A stretch of DNA of 59,514 bases from assembly GCA_030167865.1 (NCBI GenBank), contig JALAGF010006100.1, positions 1-59,514 on the forward strand, given 5' to 3'. A program made the position numbers and the translations under genes. Shown here in pieces: positions 46,212-56,942 of this stretch. Positions within the stretch are counted from its first letter, which is position 1. Every line of letters begins with the position of its first letter. The notes beneath the pieces were generated by a model. The model saw only the letters and a program-made list of their open reading frames with translations, had not been told where the DNA came from and made no database searches. The stretch comes from Craspedostauros australis (lineage: Eukaryota).

Positions 46212-49200
46212 CTATCCTTGACAGCTCAAGCAGACATCGTCTGGTTGTGTCGAAGGAATGTTGGAGAGGCCCATCCTGCCATTGCCACTGCCACCGTCAC
46301 CACCATCCGCATCGTCGTCACCGCCAACATTATCACTTCCTGGGGAATTCTCCACGGTGTACTGGATTGCGTTCACTGCCGGCTTCGTGCGGAGGTAGTA
46401 CATTCCTGTTTTCAACCCCCTCTTCCAGGCGTAGAAATGCATGGCCGTGAGTTTGTCGACGGTCGGATCGGCGATGAAGAGGTTCAGGCTCTGGCTTTGG
46501 TCAACGAACTTGCCGCGATCGGCAGCCATGTCGATGATCTGCTTCATCTTGATCTCCCAAACGGTCCTGTAGAGTTCCTTCAGGCGGTCTGGGATCTCCT
46601 TGATGTTCGCAATGGAACCACCGTCGCGCATCAGCTGGTTGCGGATCGCCGGCGTCCACAGTCCTCTGTCGGTGAGGTCCTGCAGCAGGTGAGGGTTGGC
46701 CATGATGAATTCTCCGGCCTTCACACGTCGAAGGTACAGATTGGAGCTGAACGGCTCGAAGCATTCGTTGACGCCCAGGATTTGGGAGGTCGAAGCTGTG
46801 GGCATTGGCGCGACCAGCAAGGAGTTGCGAAGTCCCGACTCCATCATTCGCTCTCGCAGCGCTTGCCAATCGTAGCCCCGGCCGTTGCATGCATCCGGAT
46901 AACGCTGAAAGCTGGCCTTATCCAGTGGCTGCGTGCAATGCCTGTGACTTGGGGTGTCATCGTCATCGCAACCCCACATGTTGTGCTGGAATTCTCCCCT
47001 GCTGGCTGGACTGCCGGCGAATGAATCATAGGCGCCTTCCTCTTCGGCCAGCTCCACGCTTGCTTCGAGCGCTGCGTGGTAGATCGTCTCAAAGATAGCC
47101 TCGTTCAATGCTTTCGCACCATCGGATGAGAATGGAAAGCCAAGCCGAATGAAAGCATCTGCCAACCCTGATACGCCCAACCCAATCGGACGGTGACTTC
47201 GGTTGGATTTGCGCGCCCCGTCAACGGGGTAGCTGTTGATGTCGATGACTTTGTTCAGATTCCGCGTGACGATCTTCACGACGCGATGCAGTTCTTCATG
47301 GTCGAAGTACGCCTTGCCAGAACCAGGTGTGACGGATCCGTATTGGCCATGCTCTGAGACAACGAAACGTGGCAAGCAACTATCATCGCAAGTCATAGAG
47401 ATGGTTGAACCGAGGAGGCAGCGGTATCGATAGAGAATGATATTGGCATTGGCATAGGTACGCCAGGCCAGGCCACGCCGAACCAGCATCGATATTGCGC
47501 AGAGTAATGGAGTGCCATAGAGTACACCAGGTGAGAGATCGATCAGGCACATTGCGTGGCATCGCACGAGTAGCATGCAAAGGATGTGCCGTTCGCACAA
47601 GCTGCGATACCATCCGAGTGTCTTGACCTGCCATGTTGCACCGATCAATGCTCGCCGCCCACATCACGACGACAACAACAAGGCCAGCAAGAGAAAGAGA
47701 ATGCAGCATGGAACTTCGCCCAAGTCACTTACATGCTCGCCAGGTTGCATACGGCAACTTCTTCCGAGTCGGTGTACTGGATGATCTCCGTGCACAGATT
47801 GCTGCATTGGATGGTACCGAGGTTCTGCTGGTTGCTCTTGCCGTTGGCTGCGTCCTTGTACAGCATGTACGGTGTGCCGGTTTCAATTTGCGATTCGAGG
47901 ATCGCTGACCAAAGCTCCCGCGCGCGGACTTGGCGGACGTACTGGCCTTTGCTCTCGTACTCCAGATAGAGCTTTTCGAATTTCTCGCCGTGCGTTTCGG
48001 ACAGACCTGGGCTGAGGTCAGGGCACATGAGGCTCCATACCTCATCCGCTTCGACGCGCTTCATGAAAAGATCCGGGATCCACAGACCGTAGAACAAATC
48101 ACGTGCTCGCTGCTCTTCCTTGCCATGATTCTTCTTCAAATTGAGCACATCGAAGACATCTGCATGCCATGGTTCCAGATACACCGCGAACGCTCCCGGT
48201 CGTTTGCCGCCACCTTGATCCACGTATCTTGATGTGACATCGTATACACGCAGCATCGGTACGAGTCCGTTGGAAGTTCCTCGCGTGCCGCGTATCGTCG
48301 TTCCGCGCGCGCGGATATTGTGGACGCTGAGGCCGATCCCGCCAGCCGCCTTGGAGATGACTGCGCAGCGCTTCAAGGTGTCGTATATCCCATGGATCGA
48401 ATCCTCGCTCATTTGGACCAGGAAGCAGCTGGAGAGCTGCGGGTGCGTTGTGCCGGCGTGGAACAATGTCGGCGAGGCATGCGTGAAATAACCCTGGCTC
48501 ATGTGATGGTAGGTCTCAAAGGCAGCCTGCAAACGAGCGTCCTCATTCTCTTGCGACACATCGGTCTGTCCCTCTTTCTTCGTGCAGTGGATGCCCAGCG
48601 CAACCCTCATGATCATGTACTGCGGTCGCTCGATCAATTCGCCCTCGTTGCCCTTGAGCAAGTACGCTCGTTCCAGCGTCTTCAAACCGAAGTAGGTGAG
48701 GTCGTTGTCCCGTTGCGGCACGATCTGGGCATCGATCTCCGCACCGCGGCGTTGCGCCAATTCCACAATGTCCTGATGGATAAAGTCGGTCCCATCCTTG
48801 GCCAGGATGCCAATCGCCTCTGAGAAGCTGGCTGGTGTTGACTCAGCCATCTGCGATGCCACGATCTGTGCAGCCAGCCGCGAGTAGAGAAGGTGCTGCG
48901 TGGCCATGCTTGCTGCCGTTTCCGCCGCCAACGTGTCGATCTCGTGCGATGTGACGTCCGGGTACGTGCCTCTGAGAACGGATTCCGTGAGCCCCTTCAA
49001 ATTCAACGATTTGACCTGTTCCTGTGGAAATGACGCCGACAGCGACTCCAATCTATTCAGGATCTGCATCCCGGCATGGAAAGCAAGAAAGGGTCAGTTT
49101 GGCTGCTCTGTTCTTGAAAGCGAAAGCAAGAGGGAATGGGCAATTGCAGCACGGAGTCTTTCGTGTGCAAAACATACTGTTATATGTTGAACGAAGATGT

Positions 49201-49548
49201 GAATGAACAGATGAATCCGTGAATGTGGGATGATCGTTCTCTACGTACCTTTGCACCATCAAGCTCCTCTCTCGTGCCATCAGACTTGGTGACGTAGATG
49301 ATGTTGCTCGCCTCCGACTTAACGCTGAGGAAGGTGGAGGCAATACCTGCGGTGCTGTTGCTGCCGTCAGCATCTGAACGCTGGGCTTCCGGTGCAGCGG
49401 TGGAGCCACCTCGTGGGATGTGCCATCCACGTGGCTGCGAGTGCGAGTGCGATTGCAAGCGATGGGCACCTGGAGCAGCAGAGCGCGAATCGTTGATCGC
49501 CAGCAACAGGGCCAGCAGGCCCAACGCCTTGGATCCACCGTGCCTCAT
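46212..49548 (-). CDS. RNR1: Class Ia ribonucleoside-diphosphate reductase large subunit with an N-terminal signal-peptide-like extension (3 exons, about 932 aa)
   Basis: Exons 49548-49249, 49063-47733 and 47379-46212 (GT-AG). ATP cone YVTKSDG...; ERPQY, HASPTLF, QLSSCFL, GGGKRPGA, SNLCTEI, VAVCNLASI, GLGVSGLAD, APMPTAST, DQSQSLN, GMYYLR, C-terminal CLSC. Confidence 0.95.
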
Positions 49549-50178
49549 CTTGCCGTTGCGCTTGCTTGCTGTACGAGTACTTCGATACGCCCAAGTACGC
49601 CTATGTACGCCCAAGTACGCCTTTGTGTGCCGACAATATAAGTCTCCGCTCTCTTCGCAACCGTGGCGTGGCGTTATGGATGTTCCGCGGCGATACTGAG
49701 TCTCTCCTTGTCCTTTCTCTGCCTCGGCGCTTGGTGGAGCCAACCGTGCAGCTCGTGCTCGTTTTGTTGATGTGGAGGGTTGGGAATCGTTGTGTCTCTG
49801 AACGACAGGGGAGGTCTTCGGCGTTCTCTGATGGTGTGGCCGGAGGATCGGTGGATTTTTCATTGGACATCAAACAGACCGTGACTCGATGACGCAGACG
49901 AGTCACGGACATGATCAATTGGTTTGTTTGTTGATGAAATCGTGCGAATGGCATCGCGATGTTCATCGATCTTGGTTGGAAACACACCACACCACACCAT
50001 GCCAAACCATACCACACCATACTGATACGAGCCACCGTACCCAAGAGCAAAGCAATCATACTATTATACACTCAAGAGTATACCAAAAACCAAGAATTGC
50101 ACTCCTATTGTTACTCCACTTGTAATTTTAGAGAGAGAGAGAGCGGATAATAGACCAATCTACTCAAGTGAATGAAGA

Positions 50179-50982
50179 ATGTCGTCACAGCACCAGAAGA
50201 ACGGCGACAATGATGGAGTGCCGACAAGAACAACGGCGGCCGACGTGGATCCGCAGACCAAGGCGCAGCAGCAGACGACATGCAACGCGTACATAGCATC
50301 GGCGCTTTCGGGCGATGCGACGGTGCATTTCCTGCTCAAGAACCTCATCGACATGGGCTGCGAACCGCCGGAGGGCTTCATCAAGTGCGTGGACTGCGAT
50401 GGCAAGCCCGTTTCGGGCGGGTTTGGAATGCTGCAGGAGACCAGCGTGCGCGATGGCAAGGGCACTGACAACGCAGCAGCAACTGCAGGAACAGAGTGGA
50501 ATGAGAATCGACAGAGCCAGTTGCAGAGACCGGATTGCACCAAGACGCGGACGCAGATCATGGAACAGTTCGACCGTGAGGCGTCGGGCGAATCGAAGCT
50601 GTCGCTGAAGCCCGAGATCTACCTCTGCCAGGAGCACGTCGCCGGTCCCAAGCACGTCAACACGATCCTCGCGCACGAGCTCATCCACGCCATTGACATG
50701 TGCCGCACCAAGATGGACCCGTTGCACAACTGCATGCAGCTGGCGTGCACGGAGATCCGCGCTGAGAACCTGAGCGGCGAGTGCAACTTCTGGTGGGAGG
50801 CGATGCGCGGCAAGCTGGACGGCTACTTCGGACATGGTCAGAAGTGTGTGCGGCGGCGCGCCGTCGATTCGGTTCGTGCCAATCCCAACTGCACGGGGAA
50901 GGCGGAGCTGTACGTCGATGCTGCCATGGAGCGGTGTTACAAGGACACGTTTCCCTTTGAACGGCACCCCAATCAGCGGTAA
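50179..50982 (+). CDS. ATP23: Mitochondrial inner-membrane metalloprotease ATP23 (peptidase M76)
   Basis: HELIHAID (HEXXH), ACTEIRAENLSGEC, CVRRRAVDSV, CYKDTFPF; 267-aa intronless ORF. Confidence 0.93.
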   Translation: MSSQHQKNGDNDGVPTRTTAADVDPQTKAQQQTTCNAYIASALSGDATVHFLLKNLIDMGCEPPEGFIKCVDCDGKPVSGGFGMLQETSVRDGKGTDNAAATAGTEWNENRQSQLQRPDCTKTRTQIMEQFDREASGESKLSLKPEIYLCQEHVAGPKHVNTILAHELIHAIDMCRTKMDPLHNCMQLACTEIRAENLSGECNFWWEAMRGKLDGYFGHGQKCVRRRAVDSVRANPNCTGKAELYVDAAMERCYKDTFPFERHPNQR

Positions 50983-51713
50983 CCGCAGAGTACGAGAGAA
51001 CTAGAGAGTGGTTGCCAACGACGTCCAATTGTGGAAATCATAACATCTGTGATTGTGCCATGTTGTTACTTTTCGTTGACAAGTGAGCCACTTCTTTGTG
51101 TGTGTGCATCCGCGCTGCCATGAAACTTGTACTCCATGTCCATTTCGTCCCAGGCGTTCGTGTCATTGAAGCGACACAACTTCCATCCTCTCTTCAGACT
51201 GTTGGATGTCTGATGTTGCCCCTCCGTTCTCGCACATTACGACGTCCACGCTCTTCCTTCGCAATTCCATCACCGCTCAGCACGCCAGTCTCCATTGTAC
51301 CAATACCCTCCTCCAATGATGCTCATCCAAACGCCACCGATAGCCCCATCATGTTCAATCGGCAAGACTCCATTGATCGACGCTGCGTCCACCATCATCA
51401 TCAATACCACCTTCACTGAGACTAAGAACAGGCAAACACATTGCAAACACTTGAATGTATTCGTTCGAACCACCACATCCCGCATTGTGATCAGTCGCAA
51501 GTTCCCGTTCAATCCTCCAGGCTGTCCAAGCGTCGAGCAGGCATGCACGAGAAGACACATCAAAGTGTGCCGATCTTCGTTCATGTCGCTATCCACTGGC
51601 CAAATCCTGTCCTGAATCGGGATGCTTGCTCCTGTGTCATCAATGCGCTGAAGCGGGGGTTCAAGCTGCTCACATTGAGATACGTGCGATAGAGACTCGG
51701 CTGGATTGTTTAT

Positions 51714-52419
<706 letters not shown>

Positions 52420-53967
52420 GGTGGCTTGGTTGTTCCTGTTGTTGACTTCGTGGGGGAGATACAAAGAAAGGACAAAAGGGTTAGAGTCGGACTGTGCCGG
52501 AGGGTGCTGCTCCTGATACTGCTGCTGTTGGTATTCCTGTTGCGGTGGATGCTCCTGTTGGTGCCAACATTCCTGCTGCTGTTTTCACTGTTGCCGTTTG
52601 CTTCGTGGTGGTTGCAAGCACGAAACCGCGACAGTGCCAACCCATTCAGCTGTTGTCTCTGTCGCAGCGAAAAGCACGGACGAAGACAGTTGTCGCCTTT
52701 TGTTGGTCTTGCCATACCCCACTTACTAACTTCTTGTCTGTCAGTTTGGGTGTGCAGTTTTCACCTGTATGAAGGCAGCGTTTCATTCACTAGTCATACA
52801 TGATTAATCGTTCAATACCAATATCTACAAAGCGGTATTGGAAATTAGAGAGGTATCAAGAGTAGGCGATTCCATCGCCAAAAACATACGGACGTTAAGT
52901 TGACAGTATTATCACAGAAGAAGACAATCTCTGCTCATTCATCGGTCACAAAACAGACAAAGCAAAAGACAAACGCACAACGGGGGATTCACACACATCG
53001 TGATTGGGCGCGTGATTGTTGCGCACACGAGCGATCACGTCACTGGCGTGTCGCGGATTGGCGCAAAAAACGCGAAAAGTGTGACAGACGCAGAGGAACG
53101 GCATGACACAGAAGAGAGAACAGAAGGCACATCGCTGGGAGCTTTGCGTCTTTGGCCACTGCTCCAAGCCAACAGTGGCCGATTTGCCAAATCGGCACAA
53201 CGCGCTGGATGGGTTGTCCGGCTCTTCATCGCCATCTCACTTGCCTGCTCATGGAACTCGCACAAGCACCTATTATTATAGAATACAGACAGCCGAGTGA
53301 CGACAACTATTGGACGACAAGGAGTGTTATATATCATAATAGTACGAGCAGTGCTTGTGCAGGGTTGATGCGGTTGTCACCCCGTCACATTGATTCATAG
53401 AGGCGACATCCATTGGGATTGGTGTTGGCACGACGGAGGTGAAGGCATCAAGAGGAAGTGAAGCGACAGTCGACTGAACAATCGAAGCAAGAAGCGAAAC
53501 AGGAAAGGACGGGACAACTCCGCGAACGCCAAAGACCACAGGCACGACAACAGCAGGGCAGGAGGCTTCGTGTCCATCCCCAGACTTGGTCGTGCTTCGG
53601 ACATCGAAGAGCGTAGAACCGAGAGGGGGAATACAACAGTGTTTGGGCGCACTTGGTGACACAACCAAACCACGAATCGAGCATAAAAACGGATTGCAGA
53701 GCAGTGGCTATTTGGTTACGAATGACCACAGGACAGTTGGAATCAGCCCCACCAAAGCAGAACATTCGGAGGTCCACGTATCGAACGTTCAGTCACCGCA
53801 CTGCGTCACACGGCATTGAGTCCAGCTCGAGTCGAATTGCGTTGCTTGTTTGATCACAAAAAGGTTGGCGCCAAATTCGAGCACACAAATCAGATCTCCA
53901 ACTTGGTTCCAGCTTTGTTCCAACCTTGGCTCCATTCGCGTACGATCTACTCATACAAACAGGCAGC

Positions 53968-56670
53968 ATGGTCAGCATCACCAACACCATGTCCCCTCTC
54001 CACCTCCAGAACTACGCAGAAATCACTGCCTGCGACAGCGACATCCACACGGAAAGCAGTAATCTTCAACTCCCTCTCTCGCCGACAGCAACCAATGGCG
54101 ACCATTCCAATATGCGTGCCAATACCACTGACAACAATGGCAATGGCAACGACAATGGCAGCGACAATGGCAATGGCAATGCTAACCATGAATCTGGAGA
54201 GAGCAATGCCAATACCAATGCTAGTACCAGCAAGAACGGAAACAGAAACTGCGACGACAATGGCAGCACCAATTCACATGCGAATGGCCACCCACGCCAG
54301 TCCCAGCCACAATCGGAAGCGCAGACAGACAAGCAAACGCACGACCATGCCAGGTCCCAAGGCAAAGACTACACGTACCATCCCAGACTGTACTCTCGCG
54401 ATCATTTCACAACCGTGGCAAATTGGAACGCCATCCCTTTCCGACCAGGTTGGAGGATGTTCAAGGATTGGATGGTGTTCAGAATTATCCCCACAGCAGT
54501 CGCCACGTATTGCATGACGAATTCACTTACTTGCCTATGTCTTGCAGGAGCGTTCTTCCCTTCCCTTTCCATGGCCCAGGGCGCCAGCGGCATCACCAAC
54601 TACAGAAAGGTCTTTGGCGATTCGCCGAATCCCAAGGCGCCCACGCACGGTGTCGTCCGTGCGATTGACCGCAGGCAGTACAGGAAGAACAAGAAGCTGC
54701 GACAGCAACAAAAGCAGCAAGACCAGCATGAAGATCGGCAGAAAGCAACTGATAGTGGGAACGACAGCAAGTCACCGCGCGCCTCATCGATGACGTCACT
54801 CAACCACCATCCAGGAGAAAGCACAACCACGCTCACCCACGGCATCATTGGCGAAGACAAGGATGATCAGAAATCAACGCCATTGCGTCTGCTGGTCATC
54901 GGAGACTCGTTGGCATGCGGGGTGGGGCAACGCAAATGTGCAACCCCGGTCTTGCCAGAGCTTGTGGCCAAACAGCTGTCGAAAGCCATGGACGGACGGC
55001 CCGTTCTTTGGACTTGTCATGGAGGGCCTGGTGCCTCCGCGGGATGGGTCGTACGGGAGCTGGAGCGTGGTGCTTTCAATCACCACCATCATAATCAGCA
55101 GTCAGCCTCGAATGCATCGGCGGCGTCCACCACAACCTCAACGCTAGTGACGGGCACAACGGCCACGTCGGTGGCAGACACCGCGAACACTGCAGACGCC
55201 GCAAATGCAATCGAAGTCAACAGTAGTAATCGTGAGATGGAAACAGAGAGCACCACCAGCAGCAACGGCAGCTTGGATGACGATGTCAGCGAATCAGAGA
55301 GGGGGGATGGTGCTGCCGGAACGAATTCTATATCCTCCTCGTCATCCACTGACCTTCCTGGTGATGATCATGCCGATCCCGAGGCAGATCGCATTGACAA
55401 GCAAACATGGACCGAACGGCTCAAGGAGCACCGCATTCACTTTGACCCGCAGGAGCTCAGCCTGTTCGACGTTGCCATCGTCATGACAGGCTCCAACGAT
55501 CTCAAAAGCGCATTCTTCCCCTTCCTCCTCACCGGAGAGGATGCCGAGTTCAGGAGACAGGCGCAGGAACGCGGAGGTGGCTACAGCGTGGAGCTCAACC
55601 GGCTGCTTGCGTCGCTCGACTCCAACATGCGACAGCGATTGGGGAAATTCCGCAAGTCTGTCACCACCATGTCACAAAGGATGCGAGGAGTTCATCATGA
55701 CGATCCTAGCGAGGCTCGGCACGGCCTGGCCTTGTCGCAATCTCCACGCAACGAATCACTCGATACCCCAACGAGCATCGATCACAAAAGTCAAGAGAAA
55801 CCACCGAAATCTATCCGATTCCAATCAGATAACAAGGCTGGTTCATCAACAACAGCAACAGGCGAATCTCAACCATTGCTCTCATCCGACATGCGTTCCA
55901 CGGAGGATACTCACAGCACGAACCACTCCTCCGTAGGGGCGAAGACAGCAACATCACCACAGTCGGCAAACAACGGAGCGTCCAATCCAAATGGCGCGAA
56001 CAGTTCTACGTCACTGGCACCGATCGAGTCAACCTCCGCCACAGGCAACGACCAGGACGGTGGTGGCCTCCAACACGCCTCGCCAAGGCAGCCGAAGAAA
56101 CCCTCATTCCCCGTCATTGTGCTCCCCGGCATGCCATCCCGTGTGCTGCCAGCATTCAACCGTTCCCCGTTGCGTTGGCTGGCCATCCCTATGGTAGACA
56201 TCATGGACAGTCACAAGCGTCGTCTGGCCGCAAAACATGAAGGCGAAGTACTCTTCATCGACCCGCCTGTCGTGGAAGATCTGATGAAGTTCAAGCACGA
56301 GGATGGGCCTTTCTGGTACGACAAGCAGTTCGAAAAAACGACGCTGAGCCTCCGCGACATCAAGCGTCGTTACGCGCGCCAGTTGGAAAAGGATATGCAC
56401 GCCTATTTCGAAGAGAAGAAGGACACGCATCACAAGTCTGCCGAGCGGAGCATACTTCATTCCATTGTCAGGTGGTTGGGGAAACCGTTCTCGCTATTCA
56501 ACGAAGCGCAGGATCATTACCCGCTCTTCTCCTTGGACGGCGTTCACCCCAATGAACTTGGATACGAGTTCTGGGGTCGGTACATTGGATATGCGATCGT
56601 TCGGGAATACAAGCGCCAGCAGGAGGAGTACAAGAACGCAACAGAATCGCATCAGCTCGTGCAGAAGTAA
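53968..56670 (+). CDS. SGNH/GDSL-like hydrolase with long low-complexity insertions and an N-terminal hydrophobic segment
   Basis: Blocks LLVIGDSL (I), GGPGAS (II), MTGSNDLK (III) and SLDGVHPNELGY (V) are all present; first in-frame ATG at 53968. Confidence 0.85.
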   Translation: MVSITNTMSPLHLQNYAEITACDSDIHTESSNLQLPLSPTATNGDHSNMRANTTDNNGNGNDNGSDNGNGNANHESGESNANTNASTSKNGNRNCDDNGSTNSHANGHPRQSQPQSEAQTDKQTHDHARSQGKDYTYHPRLYSRDHFTTVANWNAIPFRPGWRMFKDWMVFRIIPTAVATYCMTNSLTCLCLAGAFFPSLSMAQGASGITNYRKVFGDSPNPKAPTHGVVRAIDRRQYRKNKKLRQQQKQQDQHEDRQKATDSGNDSKSPRASSMTSLNHHPGESTTTLTHGIIGEDKDDQKSTPLRLLVIGDSLACGVGQRKCATPVLPELVAKQLSKAMDGRPVLWTCHGGPGASAGWVVRELERGAFNHHHHNQQSASNASAASTTTSTLVTGTTATSVADTANTADAANAIEVNSSNREMETESTTSSNGSLDDDVSESERGDGAAGTNSISSSSSTDLPGDDHADPEADRIDKQTWTERLKEHRIHFDPQELSLFDVAIVMTGSNDLKSAFFPFLLTGEDAEFRRQAQERGGGYSVELNRLLASLDSNMRQRLGKFRKSVTTMSQRMRGVHHDDPSEARHGLALSQSPRNESLDTPTSIDHKSQEKPPKSIRFQSDNKAGSSTTATGESQPLLSSDMRSTEDTHSTNHSSVGAKTATSPQSANNGASNPNGANSSTSLAPIESTSATGNDQDGGGLQHASPRQPKKPSFPVIVLPGMPSRVLPAFNRSPLRWLAIPMVDIMDSHKRRLAAKHEGEVLFIDPPVVEDLMKFKHEDGPFWYDKQFEKTTLSLRDIKRRYARQLEKDMHAYFEEKKDTHHKSAERSILHSIVRWLGKPFSLFNEAQDHYPLFSLDGVHPNELGYEFWGRYIGYAIVREYKRQQEEYKNATESHQLVQK

Positions 56671-56942
56671 TCCTTATTTCGAGCCAGTGGCGTGCACGAA
56701 GGAAATTGTAGACTATAAGCTATACCTCCTCGCATGGTTCCAGACCGTATCCGCGCGCTCTCTGTATGGTATTGTACGTTGCGGTAGGACATGTAGCACA
56801 TTTTACTCCCCTCTCCAGAGACGACGGTGTTAGAATGAAACAACTGAAGTGCTCCACTTTATAAACAACGATTGTAAGCGTGTCATATTCATGGTATGCG
56901 CACGCGAATAACCGATCAGAGTCATGGGCCCACTTCCATTGT

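Noticed and set aside
52995..53080. CCAAT-box and E2F/MCB-like words (ATTGG twice, TGGCGCAAAA, ACGCGAAA) between RPS27A and the SGNH gene
   Set aside because: Short motifs expected by chance, with no TSS data to anchor them.
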